From an uncultured virus (IMG/VR IMGVR_UViG_3300027416_000239) (lineage: Duplodnaviria > Heunggongvirae > Uroviricota > Caudoviricetes), in IMG/VR virus record IMGVR_UViG_3300027416_000239: 64,000 nucleotides of DNA. One strand, 5' to 3'. Numbering within the stretch: position 1 is the first letter of the stretch; each line of letters opens with the position of its first letter. The position numbers were made by a program, and so were the translations under genes. Under the pieces are notes generated by a model that was given only the letters and a program-made list of their open reading frames with translations, did not search any database and had not been told where the DNA came from. Shown here piece after piece: positions 18,704 through 28,659 of the stretch.

Positions 18704-19461
18704 AACCTCTGGTATACTTTTCCTTCTCTAATTCTCTGTTCTGTTTGCTTCTGCTCAGCTGTCCTAAGCTTTCCTTCATTTTGTAGCTCTTGGTCTCGAT
18801 TAAGTACATAGAGTACTTCTGGACATCTAAAGATATGGTCCTTGCCAGCCATCTCTACCATCGGTAAGCATAGAGCATGATCCCATGCTGCTGCAAAGAT
18901 CTCTCCTGTAGCAGGATCAATTAGGTCTTCCCTCTCTATCTTATTAAGTAGCCAGTACTTATAAGTCTTTAGGTGTGAGTAAGGAAAATCATATTGACGA
19001 TGTAGGTTCTGCTTATCTACTTCTGGATGTATATCTGCCTGGAAGTGACCTCCTAACTGAGCTGTAGGCCACATCTGGTATTGTCCAAAGGTCATCCAAA
19101 TGTGTTCGTTCTGGTATACTTCATTTAGGTATTGAAGTACAAAGCTACTTGAGAGCCAATCATCTCCATCTACTTCGACAATAATGTCTTCATCCTGTAT
19201 CAGGTTATTACTCTCTAAGTAGTTCAATGCATACATAAATGCCTTACCTTGACTTCCGTTATCTTTATTTTTAATGACCAGGAAGCGATCATCAGCAAAG
19301 CCTAAATGAGTTAAGGTACTATAAGTAGTATCTTTTGAATTATCATCAACGTAAATAAAGAGAGCATTTTTATACGATTGGAATCTATTCATATGAATAT
19401 TCATCCTAATGTACGGCTCTACATTGTAACATGTAGTGATGATAACAAACCTATTGTCCAT
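18700..19461 (-). CDS. Glycosyltransferase family 2
   Basis: TTCYN, VDDNSKD, VDGDD. Confidence 0.85.
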   Translation of the reverse strand: MDNRFVIITTCYNVEPYIRMNIHMNRFQSYKNALFIYVDDNSKDTTYSTLTHLGFADDRFLVIKNKDNGSQGKAFMYALNYLESNNLIQDEDIIVEVDGDDWLSSSFVLQYLNEVYQNEHIWMTFGQYQMWPTAQLGGHFQADIHPEVDKQNLHRQYDFPYSHLKTYKYWLLNKIEREDLIDPATGEIFAAAWDHALCLPMVEMAGKDHIFRCPEVLYVLNRDQELQNEGKLRTAEQKQTEQRIREGKVYQRL

Positions 19462-19870
19462 CTAAGAATGTTTTATCTAATGCCTGACCTTCGTAAGGAC
19501 CTGTCTTGTATTCGTATACTAGAGTATTGTCTTCTAGGATTGTATAGGTATGTCCTCCTTCTAAAGTAAAGGAAGCATCACCTGGGTATAAGATAGGTTC
19601 AGCAATTACTTCATCATCTATATCAAAGAAGGTACAACGTACACTCCCCTGTACTACTATCCAGCTCTCTTGAGCAATCACATTACGGGTACGCTCTTTC
19701 CAGATATGCCTATGTGGCCTAAAGGTCTTACCTTCTTCCATATTAAGAAGTGCACATTGGATAAAATGATCTTCTGGTACAACCTCTACACGTCCTGGTG
19801 TTAGATCTTCTTTACGTACAATGATGTGTAGAAGCTTATTAGGATCTACTTTTGAATAAATCTTTTCCAT
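19451..19870 (-). CDS. Cupin-fold protein (WbuC/sugar isomerase-like)
   Basis: PHRH...QE...GGH cupin motif. Confidence 0.7.
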   Translation of the reverse strand: MEKIYSKVDPNKLLHIIVRKEDLTPGRVEVVPEDHFIQCALLNMEEGKTFRPHRHIWKERTRNVIAQESWIVVQGSVRCTFFDIDDEVIAEPILYPGDASFTLEGGHTYTILEDNTLVYEYKTGPYEGQALDKTFLDGQ

Positions 19871-20493
19871 TATAAAGTATCGTAGTAGTTATTTTGTTTC
19901 TCTTGTCTCTCAATTGCCTTTGCATGTCTTAGTGCTAGTTCTGTCTCTTCCATTGGCAGGTGAGCAAAGTTAGCATGTCCATGAATCTTCTCATGCACAG
20001 TACCCCACCATCTAATTCTAGGATCGTTTCTATAGATACGCCATTGATAGTCAGGATAATTAACCCAGCCTTGTTCGTTAACCTGCCAGCCCCATTTCTG
20101 AATATGAGCTTCTGTTAGTCCTTCTACAGTATTGATTCGAGGTACTCTAATTAGATCTACATCATTAGCTTCAATAATCTGAGGAAGTATCTTCATCATA
20201 TACTCTGTAGGCATCTCATCAGCATCAATCTGGAAGATAAAGTCACCTGTACAGTAGCCGTTAAGTCTATTCTTCCAAGCAGCAAAATCATTATCAAAGA
20301 ACCCTCGCCAGGTTTGAATGTTAGGGTACTTGTTAAACTCTACTAGGTAGTCGATAACTTCTTTATCGCCGTTCTTCTGATCAAAGAGTACAACGACTTC
20401 ATCCTCAGGACGTTTATGTTCCTTCAGGAAAGGTACTAGCCTTTTAATTTCTTCTAGTTCATTACAGACAGTAATGGCGTAGCTTAGTTTCAT
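19870..20493 (-). CDS. Glycosyltransferase family 2
   Basis: AITVCNE, IDADE, PDYQWR, VHE. Confidence 0.85.
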   Translation of the reverse strand: MKLSYAITVCNELEEIKRLVPFLKEHKRPEDEVVVLFDQKNGDKEVIDYLVEFNKYPNIQTWRGFFDNDFAAWKNRLNGYCTGDFIFQIDADEMPTEYMMKILPQIIEANDVDLIRVPRINTVEGLTEAHIQKWGWQVNEQGWVNYPDYQWRIYRNDPRIRWWGTVHEKIHGHANFAHLPMEETELALRHAKAIERQEKQNNYYDTL

Positions 20494-20927
20494 AACAATT
20501 CGAAAAAGCCAATTACCTCTAGAGCATCCATAAAGTCTCGTTCAGCAAAATGCTGTACGTTCTGCATATCCATTCTATGAGTTTGGTTCTCACTTAACTT
20601 CTTATCGCCTTCTTGAAGCGGTACTGCTTTAACTGCTGCCCATTTCCAATCTGTTGCTGATGTTCCATCTAGAAATACCATGCCCCTATTAGGTAAAGTA
20701 ATTGTAGAAGGTACCCAGATACACCCATCGGCATCTGTATGCATAAGATCTTTATACAATTCAGGAGATGATTCTAAGATAGCTTTAATAGGCTCCGAGC
20801 CTTCAGTCATTACTGTTGAGGTAGTAAAGCCACAGCCCATACAGAGCCAAGTTTTAACCTCTTCACTTACCTGCTGTTCGTAGCAGGCATTCGATCCACA
20901 GCGCTTACAAATAGTTAACTGTTCCAT
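20490..20927 (-). CDS. Zinc-ribbon protein
   Basis: CKRC and CMGC pairs. Confidence 0.7.
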   Translation of the reverse strand: MEQLTICKRCGSNACYEQQVSEEVKTWLCMGCGFTTSTVMTEGSEPIKAILESSPELYKDLMHTDADGCIWVPSTITLPNRGMVFLDGTSATDWKWAAVKAVPLQEGDKKLSENQTHRMDMQNVQHFAERDFMDALEVIGFFELL

Positions 20928-20928
20928 T

Positions 20929-22191
20929 TTAAATCTTTTGTAGTTTAGGAAGTGAAAGTGTTGGTAGTTTTAACTCTACCTGTTGAGCAAATGCCGGGAG
21001 ACTCTTTGATAGAATTGAATCTAATTGCTCTACCATATTATCAAAGCTAAAGTTATTACGTGACTTATACCCTTGACGTTTAGCTAGCTCTGAATACTTC
21101 TTATAGTCTTCGAATACGTTACGTAGAGCTAATCCTGCTTCACTATCTGCAGGAGTAAACCATTGTGACTCTGCCAAGATCATATTCTTAACTACGGCAC
21201 TTGGGTGTACATTCGTTAATGAACCTCCTACTAGAGTAGTAAATTCTCCATCTAAGAAGTCAATATGTCCTGACCATCCTGTGGCAATGATAGGTTTGTT
21301 AACCAGACTGAACTCTAATAGAGGACGTCCAAAGCCTTCACCCTTAGTAAAGCTAACCATAGCTTTTACCTTCTTGTGGTTGTATAGTTCGTTAACTTCT
21401 TGATCAGACATCTCTCCATGAAGTACGTAGATGTTTGGTAGAGTACCGCTAACAGTACTTCTAATCTCATCTATCTTTTTTAAGATCTGATCTCTGTCTA
21501 AGATGGAAGCGTTAGCTGATTGAGTCTTTAGAATAAGAGCTGGTTGTTTCTTTTTATTCTTAAATACTTCTAAGAAGGCTTTGATCATATAGCCAACATT
21601 CTTTCTGTCTTGTGCAAAGTCTCCTTGCAACCAATGTCCTACAAATAAGAAAGCAAAGTCTTCTTCGACACCAGATAGGTTAAAGTTAGAAGGAGTAACA
21701 AAGTACTTTTCTAAGTCTGCTCCTTCAAGCAGTACCTCAATAGGCTTCTGCAACTCTACTGTACCTTTTACTTTGCCAGCTTCTTCTACATTAAACTTAG
21801 AGCGTTGAAAGGTCTCCTTAGCATGATTAGAAGAGACTAGATTAAGATTCATTCTATTCAGTCCTTCAATCCAGCTAGGGTCACAGATCGTAGTCTCAAT
21901 GCCAGCAGTAACTCCGATGTTATATTCACCTACAGGCTGGAATTCATTAGGTACAGTTACCTGTATCCATACTTGAGGCTTTGATGTAAGGTTAGGTATA
22001 ACGAGTGATAGTAGCTCTACTTCGTTATGATCCTTTAAGTAACCGAAGCGAGTATTACCCCAGCGCTGGCTTAGAATCTTTACATCGTACTTACCTGTCT
22101 TTAAAAGAGCTTTAACTAAGTCTCTGCTTCTTGCTCCATAACCGCTGTACGTATCAATCGGACAGCTTATTGTAACATTTATCTTACTCAT
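20929..22191 (-). CDS. Glycosyltransferase family 4 (GT-B)
   Basis: SGYG, RKN and GEGFGRPLLE motifs. Confidence 0.85.
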   Translation of the reverse strand: MSKINVTISCPIDTYSGYGARSRDLVKALLKTGKYDVKILSQRWGNTRFGYLKDHNEVELLSLVIPNLTSKPQVWIQVTVPNEFQPVGEYNIGVTAGIETTICDPSWIEGLNRMNLNLVSSNHAKETFQRSKFNVEEAGKVKGTVELQKPIEVLLEGADLEKYFVTPSNFNLSGVEEDFAFLFVGHWLQGDFAQDRKNVGYMIKAFLEVFKNKKKQPALILKTQSANASILDRDQILKKIDEIRSTVSGTLPNIYVLHGEMSDQEVNELYNHKKVKAMVSFTKGEGFGRPLLEFSLVNKPIIATGWSGHIDFLDGEFTTLVGGSLTNVHPSAVVKNMILAESQWFTPADSEAGLALRNVFEDYKKYSELAKRQGYKSRNNFSFDNMVEQLDSILSKSLPAFAQQVELKLPTLSLPKLQKI

Positions 22192-23636
22192 TAGTATACC
22201 ATTGCGTGTTTAACATATCTTGCTGGTAGAGTCTCTACCTTAATAAGGTCGTACGTAGTACGTGGTACAAAGCTTTCAAACGTCTCTTCGATACATTGAG
22301 CGATATTAGCTCCCATAGCGTCAGCTGTCATCTTAGCTTCATCTGAACGTACCCAGTCATGACCTAGCATACCTCTACGATCTCTTTCTTCTTTAGGTAA
22401 CTCGTATACTTCTTGAATAGCATTAGCTACATCTCTGAAGTCACATCTGTCATCGTGAATGTATGGAGTAGGTACTGAGCCTACTAATGAGATGTTAGAA
22501 GGGAATACAGGTACTGCCCACTCACCATGCTCTTTATAAGTGCCCATATGATTAGAAGGTACTGATGGGTTTGGTGTATACCATTCTCCTGCTTCATCTA
22601 CAAACCTCATTTGGTCTTGCATACCTCCGGTAACGTTACCGATGATCATAGTACCGGCAGTCATTGATTCAGTTAGAGATAAGCCCCATCCTTCATTAGA
22701 AGAGATCAACATCGTAACATCAGCCATATTGTAGAGCCAGTTCATCTGCTCTGCTCCTAGCTTGTTCTGAGAGAAGAATACATTTACATAGCTTGGGTCA
22801 CAGATAGCTTCCCTAACAGCATATAGGTCTGTACCATTCTGATCTACTGCTTGTGTATGCATTACTAGTGCACACTTCTTAGCTTTCTCTGGTCCGATCT
22901 GATCACAGAACTGTCTGTAGGATAGAATTACATCACCTGGTGACTTACGTCGGATGTTTCTAGAGTTCCAGAAGACAACGAATTCAATATCTCTTCCTTC
23001 AAAGATACTATTTCTAAACTCTAAGTACTTAGCATACTGGTCAGAGTCTTTTGTGACTGGTGAGAAGAAGTCTGTGTTGATGCCGTGAGGTACATACTTA
23101 ATAACTTTACCTTTCCCTTTCTCATCTAATACCATTCTGTTAATGTTAACAGTCTGCTTAGAGATTCCCATCAGTAGATCACAACACTCGTAGAAGCTCT
23201 TATTGTAAAGAGGAGTAGGATAATCATCCCAAATGTTTAGATAGAGAAGAGGAATAGTCTGTCTAATCTCTCTTTCAATATCGTACAACCAAGTCCAGTA
23301 TCTAGGATCAGTAAAGTGTAGAATAGCATCTGGCTTCTCTACTCTAATAAGTTCCCTAACAATATCAGCAGTACCGTAGCCTGACGTAGCATATAGCTTA
23401 ACGTACGAGTCTTCGATACCTACTTGTTTGTTAACATCTGCCGATAGGTCAAATGCTTTCTTATCATCTGGATGGTTCATTGCTCCTCCTAGGTTAACCC
23501 AGTTGAAGTGATGTGAGGTTTGTATTACTATCTCTCTGGACATCGTAGCGATGCCGGAGTGTAGTCTCATATCATCTGATAACAGAAGGATCTTCTTTCG
23601 ATCTTCTTTTTTAACGTAACTTAATTTACTGTTCAT
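22191..23636 (-). CDS. Glycosyltransferase family 4 (GT-B)
   Basis: VPHG, RNIRRK, NEGWGLSLTE. Confidence 0.85.
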   Translation of the reverse strand: MNSKLSYVKKEDRKKILLLSDDMRLHSGIATMSREIVIQTSHHFNWVNLGGAMNHPDDKKAFDLSADVNKQVGIEDSYVKLYATSGYGTADIVRELIRVEKPDAILHFTDPRYWTWLYDIEREIRQTIPLLYLNIWDDYPTPLYNKSFYECCDLLMGISKQTVNINRMVLDEKGKGKVIKYVPHGINTDFFSPVTKDSDQYAKYLEFRNSIFEGRDIEFVVFWNSRNIRRKSPGDVILSYRQFCDQIGPEKAKKCALVMHTQAVDQNGTDLYAVREAICDPSYVNVFFSQNKLGAEQMNWLYNMADVTMLISSNEGWGLSLTESMTAGTMIIGNVTGGMQDQMRFVDEAGEWYTPNPSVPSNHMGTYKEHGEWAVPVFPSNISLVGSVPTPYIHDDRCDFRDVANAIQEVYELPKEERDRRGMLGHDWVRSDEAKMTADAMGANIAQCIEETFESFVPRTTYDLIKVETLPARYVKHAMVY

Positions 23637-23819
23637 TTATTTGATACTTATATCATTTTGATTGTGTACCTTCTCTCGGAATCTATCATCTGTAAGATAG
23701 AGAAAAATTGCTCGGTCGGCAAGCTTTTGAAAAGAAAATTTGTGGCGTACACATTGTATCTTAAACTGTTCAAATAACTCTTGCTCCACCCTTACACTGG
23801 TTAGCTTTTTATCACTCAT
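23637..23819 (-). CDS. Ribbon-helix-helix-like DNA-binding protein
   Basis: LTSVRV beta strand followed by two helices. Confidence 0.55.
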   Translation of the reverse strand: MSDKKLTSVRVEQELFEQFKIQCVRHKFSFQKLADRAIFLYLTDDRFREKVHNQNDISIK

Positions 23820-23860
23820 AGCCTTTAGTATTATATATCTATATATAAATATACCCTAGA

Positions 23861-24796
23861 CTACTTTATGGCTACATTACACAAAGGATTATTTTTAAAA
23901 GGACAAAACATACAGCTACTCTTTGAAGGCTGTTTAGGATACTCTCTTTCAAGATAGTTTCCATTATCGTCAAAAGCATCTGCTACAAAGCTATTAACCT
24001 TCTCCATTGCCTTCTTTCGCTTAACCTTTCCGGAGGCCGGTTTAAACTCTTGCACTCGCTTGGGTACAAACTCTCCTCCTTCGAAGATCTTTCTACGAAC
24101 AATAAAGTACTCAACGTCTATATTATCTACATCGGTATTGAATTGCTGGGCGAAGTACTCTTTGTATAGAAGTATCTGAGCTATTTTAGTTTCGTCCTTC
24201 TTCTCGTAATCGCTCCAGCCTCTAGTAGAAGTTTTGATATCGATAATCAAATACTTATTAGTGAAGCTGTTATAGAATACTAAGTCAATAAAACCTTTGA
24301 ATAGTACACCAGGCTTTACCTCCTGAAGGATAGGTACTTCGATACCTGCTAGGTAAGTATTCTTTGTACTGAAGTATATAGCTCGTTTCTTCTTGAGGTA
24401 GTTTAATATCTGTACCCCATCAGTATGAAACTCTTGAAGCTGTTCAGGAGTAGTGAAGTCTTGATGAGCATTATTGTAACGCTCTTTCTTATAAGTCTTC
24501 TTCATTCTATCTAAGAGTAACTCAGATAAGTCCATCTCAGTAGCAGCCTTAACACTTTGATTGTATAATACATCTAACCACTCTTGTGCTGTCTCGTGAA
24601 GAGCAGTACCAAAGACTGTATGTATGGAAGGTGTATAAGGTGCTAACTTCTTAGGGTAAGTTAGGTACCATTTGTATTGACAGCTATCATAGAGTAGAAT
24701 CTGACTGAAAGAGATATTCTTCTCTACACTATAGTCAACTTTTCTAGCTTTATACTCTTGTACTACTTTAACCTCCTTTGGGAGTTTTTTAGCCAT
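23861..24796 (-). CDS. PD-(D/E)XK nuclease (RecB/Cas4-like exonuclease)
   Basis: FGTALHE, GFIDL, IIDIKT, Q...Y, C-terminal CMFCPF..C. Confidence 0.85.
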   Translation of the reverse strand: MAKKLPKEVKVVQEYKARKVDYSVEKNISFSQILLYDSCQYKWYLTYPKKLAPYTPSIHTVFGTALHETAQEWLDVLYNQSVKAATEMDLSELLLDRMKKTYKKERYNNAHQDFTTPEQLQEFHTDGVQILNYLKKKRAIYFSTKNTYLAGIEVPILQEVKPGVLFKGFIDLVFYNSFTNKYLIIDIKTSTRGWSDYEKKDETKIAQILLYKEYFAQQFNTDVDNIDVEYFIVRRKIFEGGEFVPKRVQEFKPASGKVKRKKAMEKVNSFVADAFDDNGNYLEREYPKQPSKSSCMFCPFKNNPLCNVAIK

Positions 24797-24799
24797 AAC

Positions 24800-25159
24800 T
24801 TATTTTTTCCACAATCCTTTCTCTACCAGCTGGCAGATGATTGCATAGTTACAGATGTCCTGAAAGGTATCTGATAGAGATTCATTTTGTGTTCCTCTAT
24901 TCTTAATAATTAAATTCTTCCAACGATTGATCTTATCGCTCATTCGATACCAAAGCCCTGTAAGAGCAAAAGACCTTTCTTCTTCATTACTAAGCTGAGT
25001 ACCAGCAGTAATATTATGCATACCGTAGTCAAGATGTTTCTTACTAAATAGCTCCAGCTGCTCTTCCATGACAGCCATATAGCCATTATAAATGGTAGGA
25101 TATTCTTTCTTGAGGATCTCAGTAGCACTTGGGCCGTACTTAACTATTTCTTCTGACAT
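24800..25159 (-). CDS. DUF1599 / nucleotide-modification-associated domain protein
   Basis: KKHLDYG, RMSDKINR, ESLSDTFQDICNYAII. Confidence 0.75.
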   Translation of the reverse strand: MSEEIVKYGPSATEILKKEYPTIYNGYMAVMEEQLELFSKKHLDYGMHNITAGTQLSNEEERSFALTGLWYRMSDKINRWKNLIIKNRGTQNESLSDTFQDICNYAIICQLVEKGLWKK

Positions 25160-25166
25160 ATAACTA

Positions 25167-25460
25167 TTAATCGTTTGATTGATTCTTTTTATTAGCAAAA
25201 CCTTTTACTGTGTTCTCTTCTCGATCTAAACGCTCTTCAATCGCCTCTAAGCGTCCGGCAATAGCAGATAAAGCTTCATTGATATCTTCTACAATGATAC
25301 TATCGTTCTGTTCTAGTTGAGCAATTTGATCGATTGATACTTTAGGAGTATCTGTCTTAGTTTTTGTACCTCGTAATAGCAAGATGGTTAGCATCACGAT
25401 AGGTGCTACTAGAATAGTAAAAACAAATAAAGCAGTAAGGGTCTGTAGGATGTGTATCAT
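25167..25460 (-). CDS. Membrane-anchored coiled-coil protein
   Basis: N-terminal TM segment and C-terminal coiled coil. Confidence 0.6.
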   Translation of the reverse strand: MIHILQTLTALFVFTILVAPIVMLTILLLRGTKTKTDTPKVSIDQIAQLEQNDSIIVEDINEALSAIAGRLEAIEERLDREENTVKGFANKKNQSND

Positions 25461-25515
25461 ATACCGTATCTATTATATTTACTATAAGATACGAAATATA
25501 ATTTAAACGAGCAAC

Positions 25516-25929
25516 TTAACTTCTATCTCCTTTGTGTAGATCGATCTTGTCTAGGATCTTGTTAAGGTCTGTGCTCTTGATGATGCCTACCATTGAGGCG
25601 TTCTTTAATGCACTGAGTAGTTGGAGGATGATAAATGGTACGATGATTGTTTCTGATAACCATCCTGTTCCTTCAAAACCTTTTTCAACCATTAATATAA
25701 CTGTTAAGAAAGCTACCCACGTTATTGCTCTCTGTAATACTCTTACAGCCTTTCGTGTTTGAAAACCTTCTCTTTTGATGCCTGCGGCGATGCCGAAGAA
25801 CCCATCGATAAATACAACCGCTATTAATGCTAAGTATTGCTCTGCATTACTCATTGTGAGCTCCATAAAGTAGGTGCACATGAATGTTAAGGTTGCAGTT
25901 ATCGATAGGAACACGGACGTCGATTTCAT
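25516..25929 (-). CDS. Holin (Phage_holin_4-like)
   Basis: Multiple TM segments, D..FG, S.LKN motif; adjacent to the lysin. Confidence 0.7.
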   Translation of the reverse strand: MKSTSVFLSITATLTFMCTYFMELTMSNAEQYLALIAVVFIDGFFGIAAGIKREGFQTRKAVRVLQRAITWVAFLTVILMVEKGFEGTGWLSETIIVPFIILQLLSALKNASMVGIIKSTDLNKILDKIDLHKGDRS

Positions 25930-25932
25930 AGC

Positions 25933-26748
25933 TTATGCGATGTCTTTAGATTCAATTAGAGTATAAGTAAACTTAGTGTGACCCTTTGCTACTGAAGCTC
26001 TCACGATAGTCATGAACTCTTCGAAGTCAGCTGCTCTTTTGAAAACTTGACATCCTTCAGACCAGTTCTCTACATAAGTAGAATTGGCTCCGGCCTTGTG
26101 AATATTGATTCCGAATACACCCTCTTGGATAACTTTCTCATCATAATTCATATCTCTGTTAGCATCACGGTATACTTTTACTTTACCGCCTTGCTTAAGA
26201 GCTTCATACTTACCTTGGTGCTTACCTAAGAAGTGTGAGTTGATGTATTGACCAGGAACTAATCTAGCTACTCCGGCAGCGTTGTGATACTCCTTAACTC
26301 CTTTTGTACCAGGGTCAGTTGTATTCATCCACTCCTTGTATACCCATTTGCCTTCAGCCATATAAGATAAAGTAATCTTATCATCGAAAGCATTTGTTAC
26401 GGCTGTACCTGTGTCTGAATTACGAACACCTACAATGTTAAGTACGTAGTCACCTTCGAACCATTGATAGTCTTTTGCTTTGATAGTAGCTTCGATCTTC
26501 TCTTTGCTATACTTTGCATCAGCTGTAGGAGTGTTGTTAGGAGCTTTAACTGGTGCTGCCTCTACTACAATGCCCATCTTAGCTAGAGTAGCAGGGCCAA
26601 CAATACCGTCGGCAGCTAGTCCGTTCTTCTTCTGCCATTCCTTAACAGCAGCTTCAGTCTTAGGACCAAAGTTACCTACTTGCTCGACACCTAAGACCTT
26701 TTGGATCTTCTTTACGGTTTCGTTATTGTCACCTTTTCTTAATACCAT
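25933..26748 (-). CDS. Endolysin with N-terminal peptidoglycan-binding domain
   Basis: FGPKTEAAVKEWQ...DGIVGPAT binding motif; GINIH...WSEGCQV catalytic-like His/Cys. Confidence 0.8.
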   Translation of the reverse strand: MVLRKGDNNETVKKIQKVLGVEQVGNFGPKTEAAVKEWQKKNGLAADGIVGPATLAKMGIVVEAAPVKAPNNTPTADAKYSKEKIEATIKAKDYQWFEGDYVLNIVGVRNSDTGTAVTNAFDDKITLSYMAEGKWVYKEWMNTTDPGTKGVKEYHNAAGVARLVPGQYINSHFLGKHQGKYEALKQGGKVKVYRDANRDMNYDEKVIQEGVFGINIHKAGANSTYVENWSEGCQVFKRAADFEEFMTIVRASVAKGHTKFTYTLIESKDIA

Positions 26749-26759
26749 TGTAAACTATT

Positions 26760-27032
26760 TTAACCTTGTTCTTCTTCTTTATTCTCTTTGCTGAAGATCT
26801 TAGTAGCACCATCGATACCAAATGAACCCAATACGATAATTACGAATGAGTTGAAGATAGTATCAGAGATTACTAAGTCCATACCTAAGATACCTGTTAC
26901 GATATCGGCAGCAGCAAAGATACTCATTACTGCAAAAGAAGCAAACCCTACAATGTTCTTTTCATTGTATGAGTTATCATCCTTAAAAATGTCTGAAAAC
27001 GCCATAAATTTCTTTTTAATATAATTTAACAT
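26760..27032 (-). CDS. Small 2-TM membrane protein (holin/antiholin-like)
   Basis: Two TM segments; upstream of the lysin. Confidence 0.6.
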   Translation of the reverse strand: MLNYIKKKFMAFSDIFKDDNSYNEKNIVGFASFAVMSIFAAADIVTGILGMDLVISDTIFNSFVIIVLGSFGIDGATKIFSKENKEEEQG

Positions 27033-27073
27033 AGCACAACAAATTAAGTGAAACTTCTTTCAGATAAATAGGC

Positions 27074-27472
27074 TCAGTCTAACGCATCCACAATAGCTTT
27101 CTTGATTGCAATAGAAAATTCTGTTTGTTCGAATGGAAGATTTTCATCCTGAAGTTGAAGTAGAGTAGCTGCTACATTCATCTTAGCTGTTCCTACTCCT
27201 ACAGACTCTTTACCATCCTTAGTTACCTTAACAGTAACATAGGTTTTCTTTTGTTTAAACTCAAAAGGACCTACACGAATACCTTGAGTAGGAGCTTTAA
27301 TCTCTTCTACTACAACATAGATAGGACTGCCATCAGGACATAAAGGAGCCTGCTGTCCTACGATCTCTTCTGTGATTTGTCTTACACCGAACGTAAATTT
27401 CTCTTGTTCGATTCCATTGATTGATGCTAGAGACATTACACTAGCGACGAAGTAACATACGATTGGGTTCAT
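27074..27472 (-). CDS. Secreted protein, distant CsgG-like fold
   Basis: FGVRQITEE...GVG...AIKKAI resembles the layout of 30160..30900. Confidence 0.5.
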   Translation of the reverse strand: MNPIVCYFVASVMSLASINGIEQEKFTFGVRQITEEIVGQQAPLCPDGSPIYVVVEEIKAPTQGIRVGPFEFKQKKTYVTVKVTKDGKESVGVGTAKMNVAATLLQLQDENLPFEQTEFSIAIKKAIVDALD

Positions 27473-28659
27473 TGGATTTTATTTACTGGTTTAGTTTGGC
27501 GATGTTTACCAAGTGATACAATATAAAACCTGTTAAGATTGTTAAATGTTCGTACTGCTGCTTGAGGATACTTCAGATGGTATGTTAAACTATTAGCATT
27601 TACTTCTATATCATCCTTCTCTGCTTGAGAGTACACCCAGTTGTTATTGTAAGTGTACCCAAAGTTCTGTCCCCATTTGTATATTTGGTAAGCAGAGAAT
27701 ACATCTGAGTAAGTTACAATATCAGAACTGTCTGGTGCGTAGAAGTTCATTGTATGGTAATCCCATGATGCTATCTCAGTAGGAAACATTCTTAGATACA
27801 TTAAGTAGTTCATCTCTGACTCTGTAAATGTATTGTCTATTCCGCTTACGTTTACAATTACTCTATATTGATAGCTGTTTGGGTTAGAGAATGTTACTGA
27901 ACCTGTTGATGTAGTTGTCTGTACTCCTTGTGAAGACCAGATTGAATTAGATACTGCGTTCGTTATTTGAAAGCCTACTCCTGAAGAGTATGTTGCGTTA
28001 CTGATTAAGTTAGAAGCTAACCAAGTACTTCCGTTTGATAGTCCGATTTGTTCTTGATTAGATCCATCAGCTAGGAATGTTCTAAGTACTACAAAGCATT
28101 TAGCAGGATCGTTTTTAAAGAAGTATAAATCTATTTTAGTATTAATGCCACTCACATTGTATTTATAGCTTCCTTCGTACCTTATCCTAAATACATCTCC
28201 GTATGTAACATCAGTGTACGTCTCCCAAGATACATGAGACATATTATTATCTGTAGAGCCGTTGTCGACTGAAGTGAAGTGAAGTGTTGGTACGTTAGGA
28301 GCTGTAGCAGAGCTATTGTAACTATTATATGTAGTAGAAGGGAATGCCATCCAGGCATTAGCATGAAGGGTACCTGTTGTGTGAGTAGTAGCTCCAATTG
28401 TATAGCTATACCCTGTAGGGAAGTTAATTAAAACGCTTCCTTGGTCTGAGTTAGCTGTTGAGAAAACTACATTAGAGGCTTGTCCTCTATCCGTAGGTAC
28501 AGTTGTACCTAAAGCTGTAATAGTTCCTGAAGTACCTCCTGGTACATAATGTTCTACTTCAACACTAATGCCGGTCATGTCCTGTACACCAACAGTAGCA
28601 AAGGTTATAGTCTGTGCTAGAGTGGATAAGGGAAGAAATAACAGCAGTAGCTTTTTCAT
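27469..28659 (-). CDS. Secreted Ser/Thr-rich beta protein with degenerate dockerin-like C-terminus
   Basis: Signal peptide MKKLLLLFLPLSTLAQ; DIVTYSDVF resembles a dockerin loop. Confidence 0.6.
   Translation of the reverse strand: MKKLLLLFLPLSTLAQTITFATVGVQDMTGISVEVEHYVPGGTSGTITALGTTVPTDRGQASNVVFSTANSDQGSVLINFPTGYSYTIGATTHTTGTLHANAWMAFPSTTYNSYNSSATAPNVPTLHFTSVDNGSTDNNMSHVSWETYTDVTYGDVFRIRYEGSYKYNVSGINTKIDLYFFKNDPAKCFVVLRTFLADGSNQEQIGLSNGSTWLASNLISNATYSSGVGFQITNAVSNSIWSSQGVQTTTSTGSVTFSNPNSYQYRVIVNVSGIDNTFTESEMNYLMYLRMFPTEIASWDYHTMNFYAPDSSDIVTYSDVFSAYQIYKWGQNFGYTYNNNWVYSQAEKDDIEVNANSLTYHLKYPQAAVRTFNNLNRFYIVSLGKHRQTKPVNKIQ

Noticed and set aside
11120..23636. Bacterial chromosomal O-antigen locus
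   Set aside because: No wzx/wzy/wzm/wzt, and it is flanked by phage genes with the same promoter motifs
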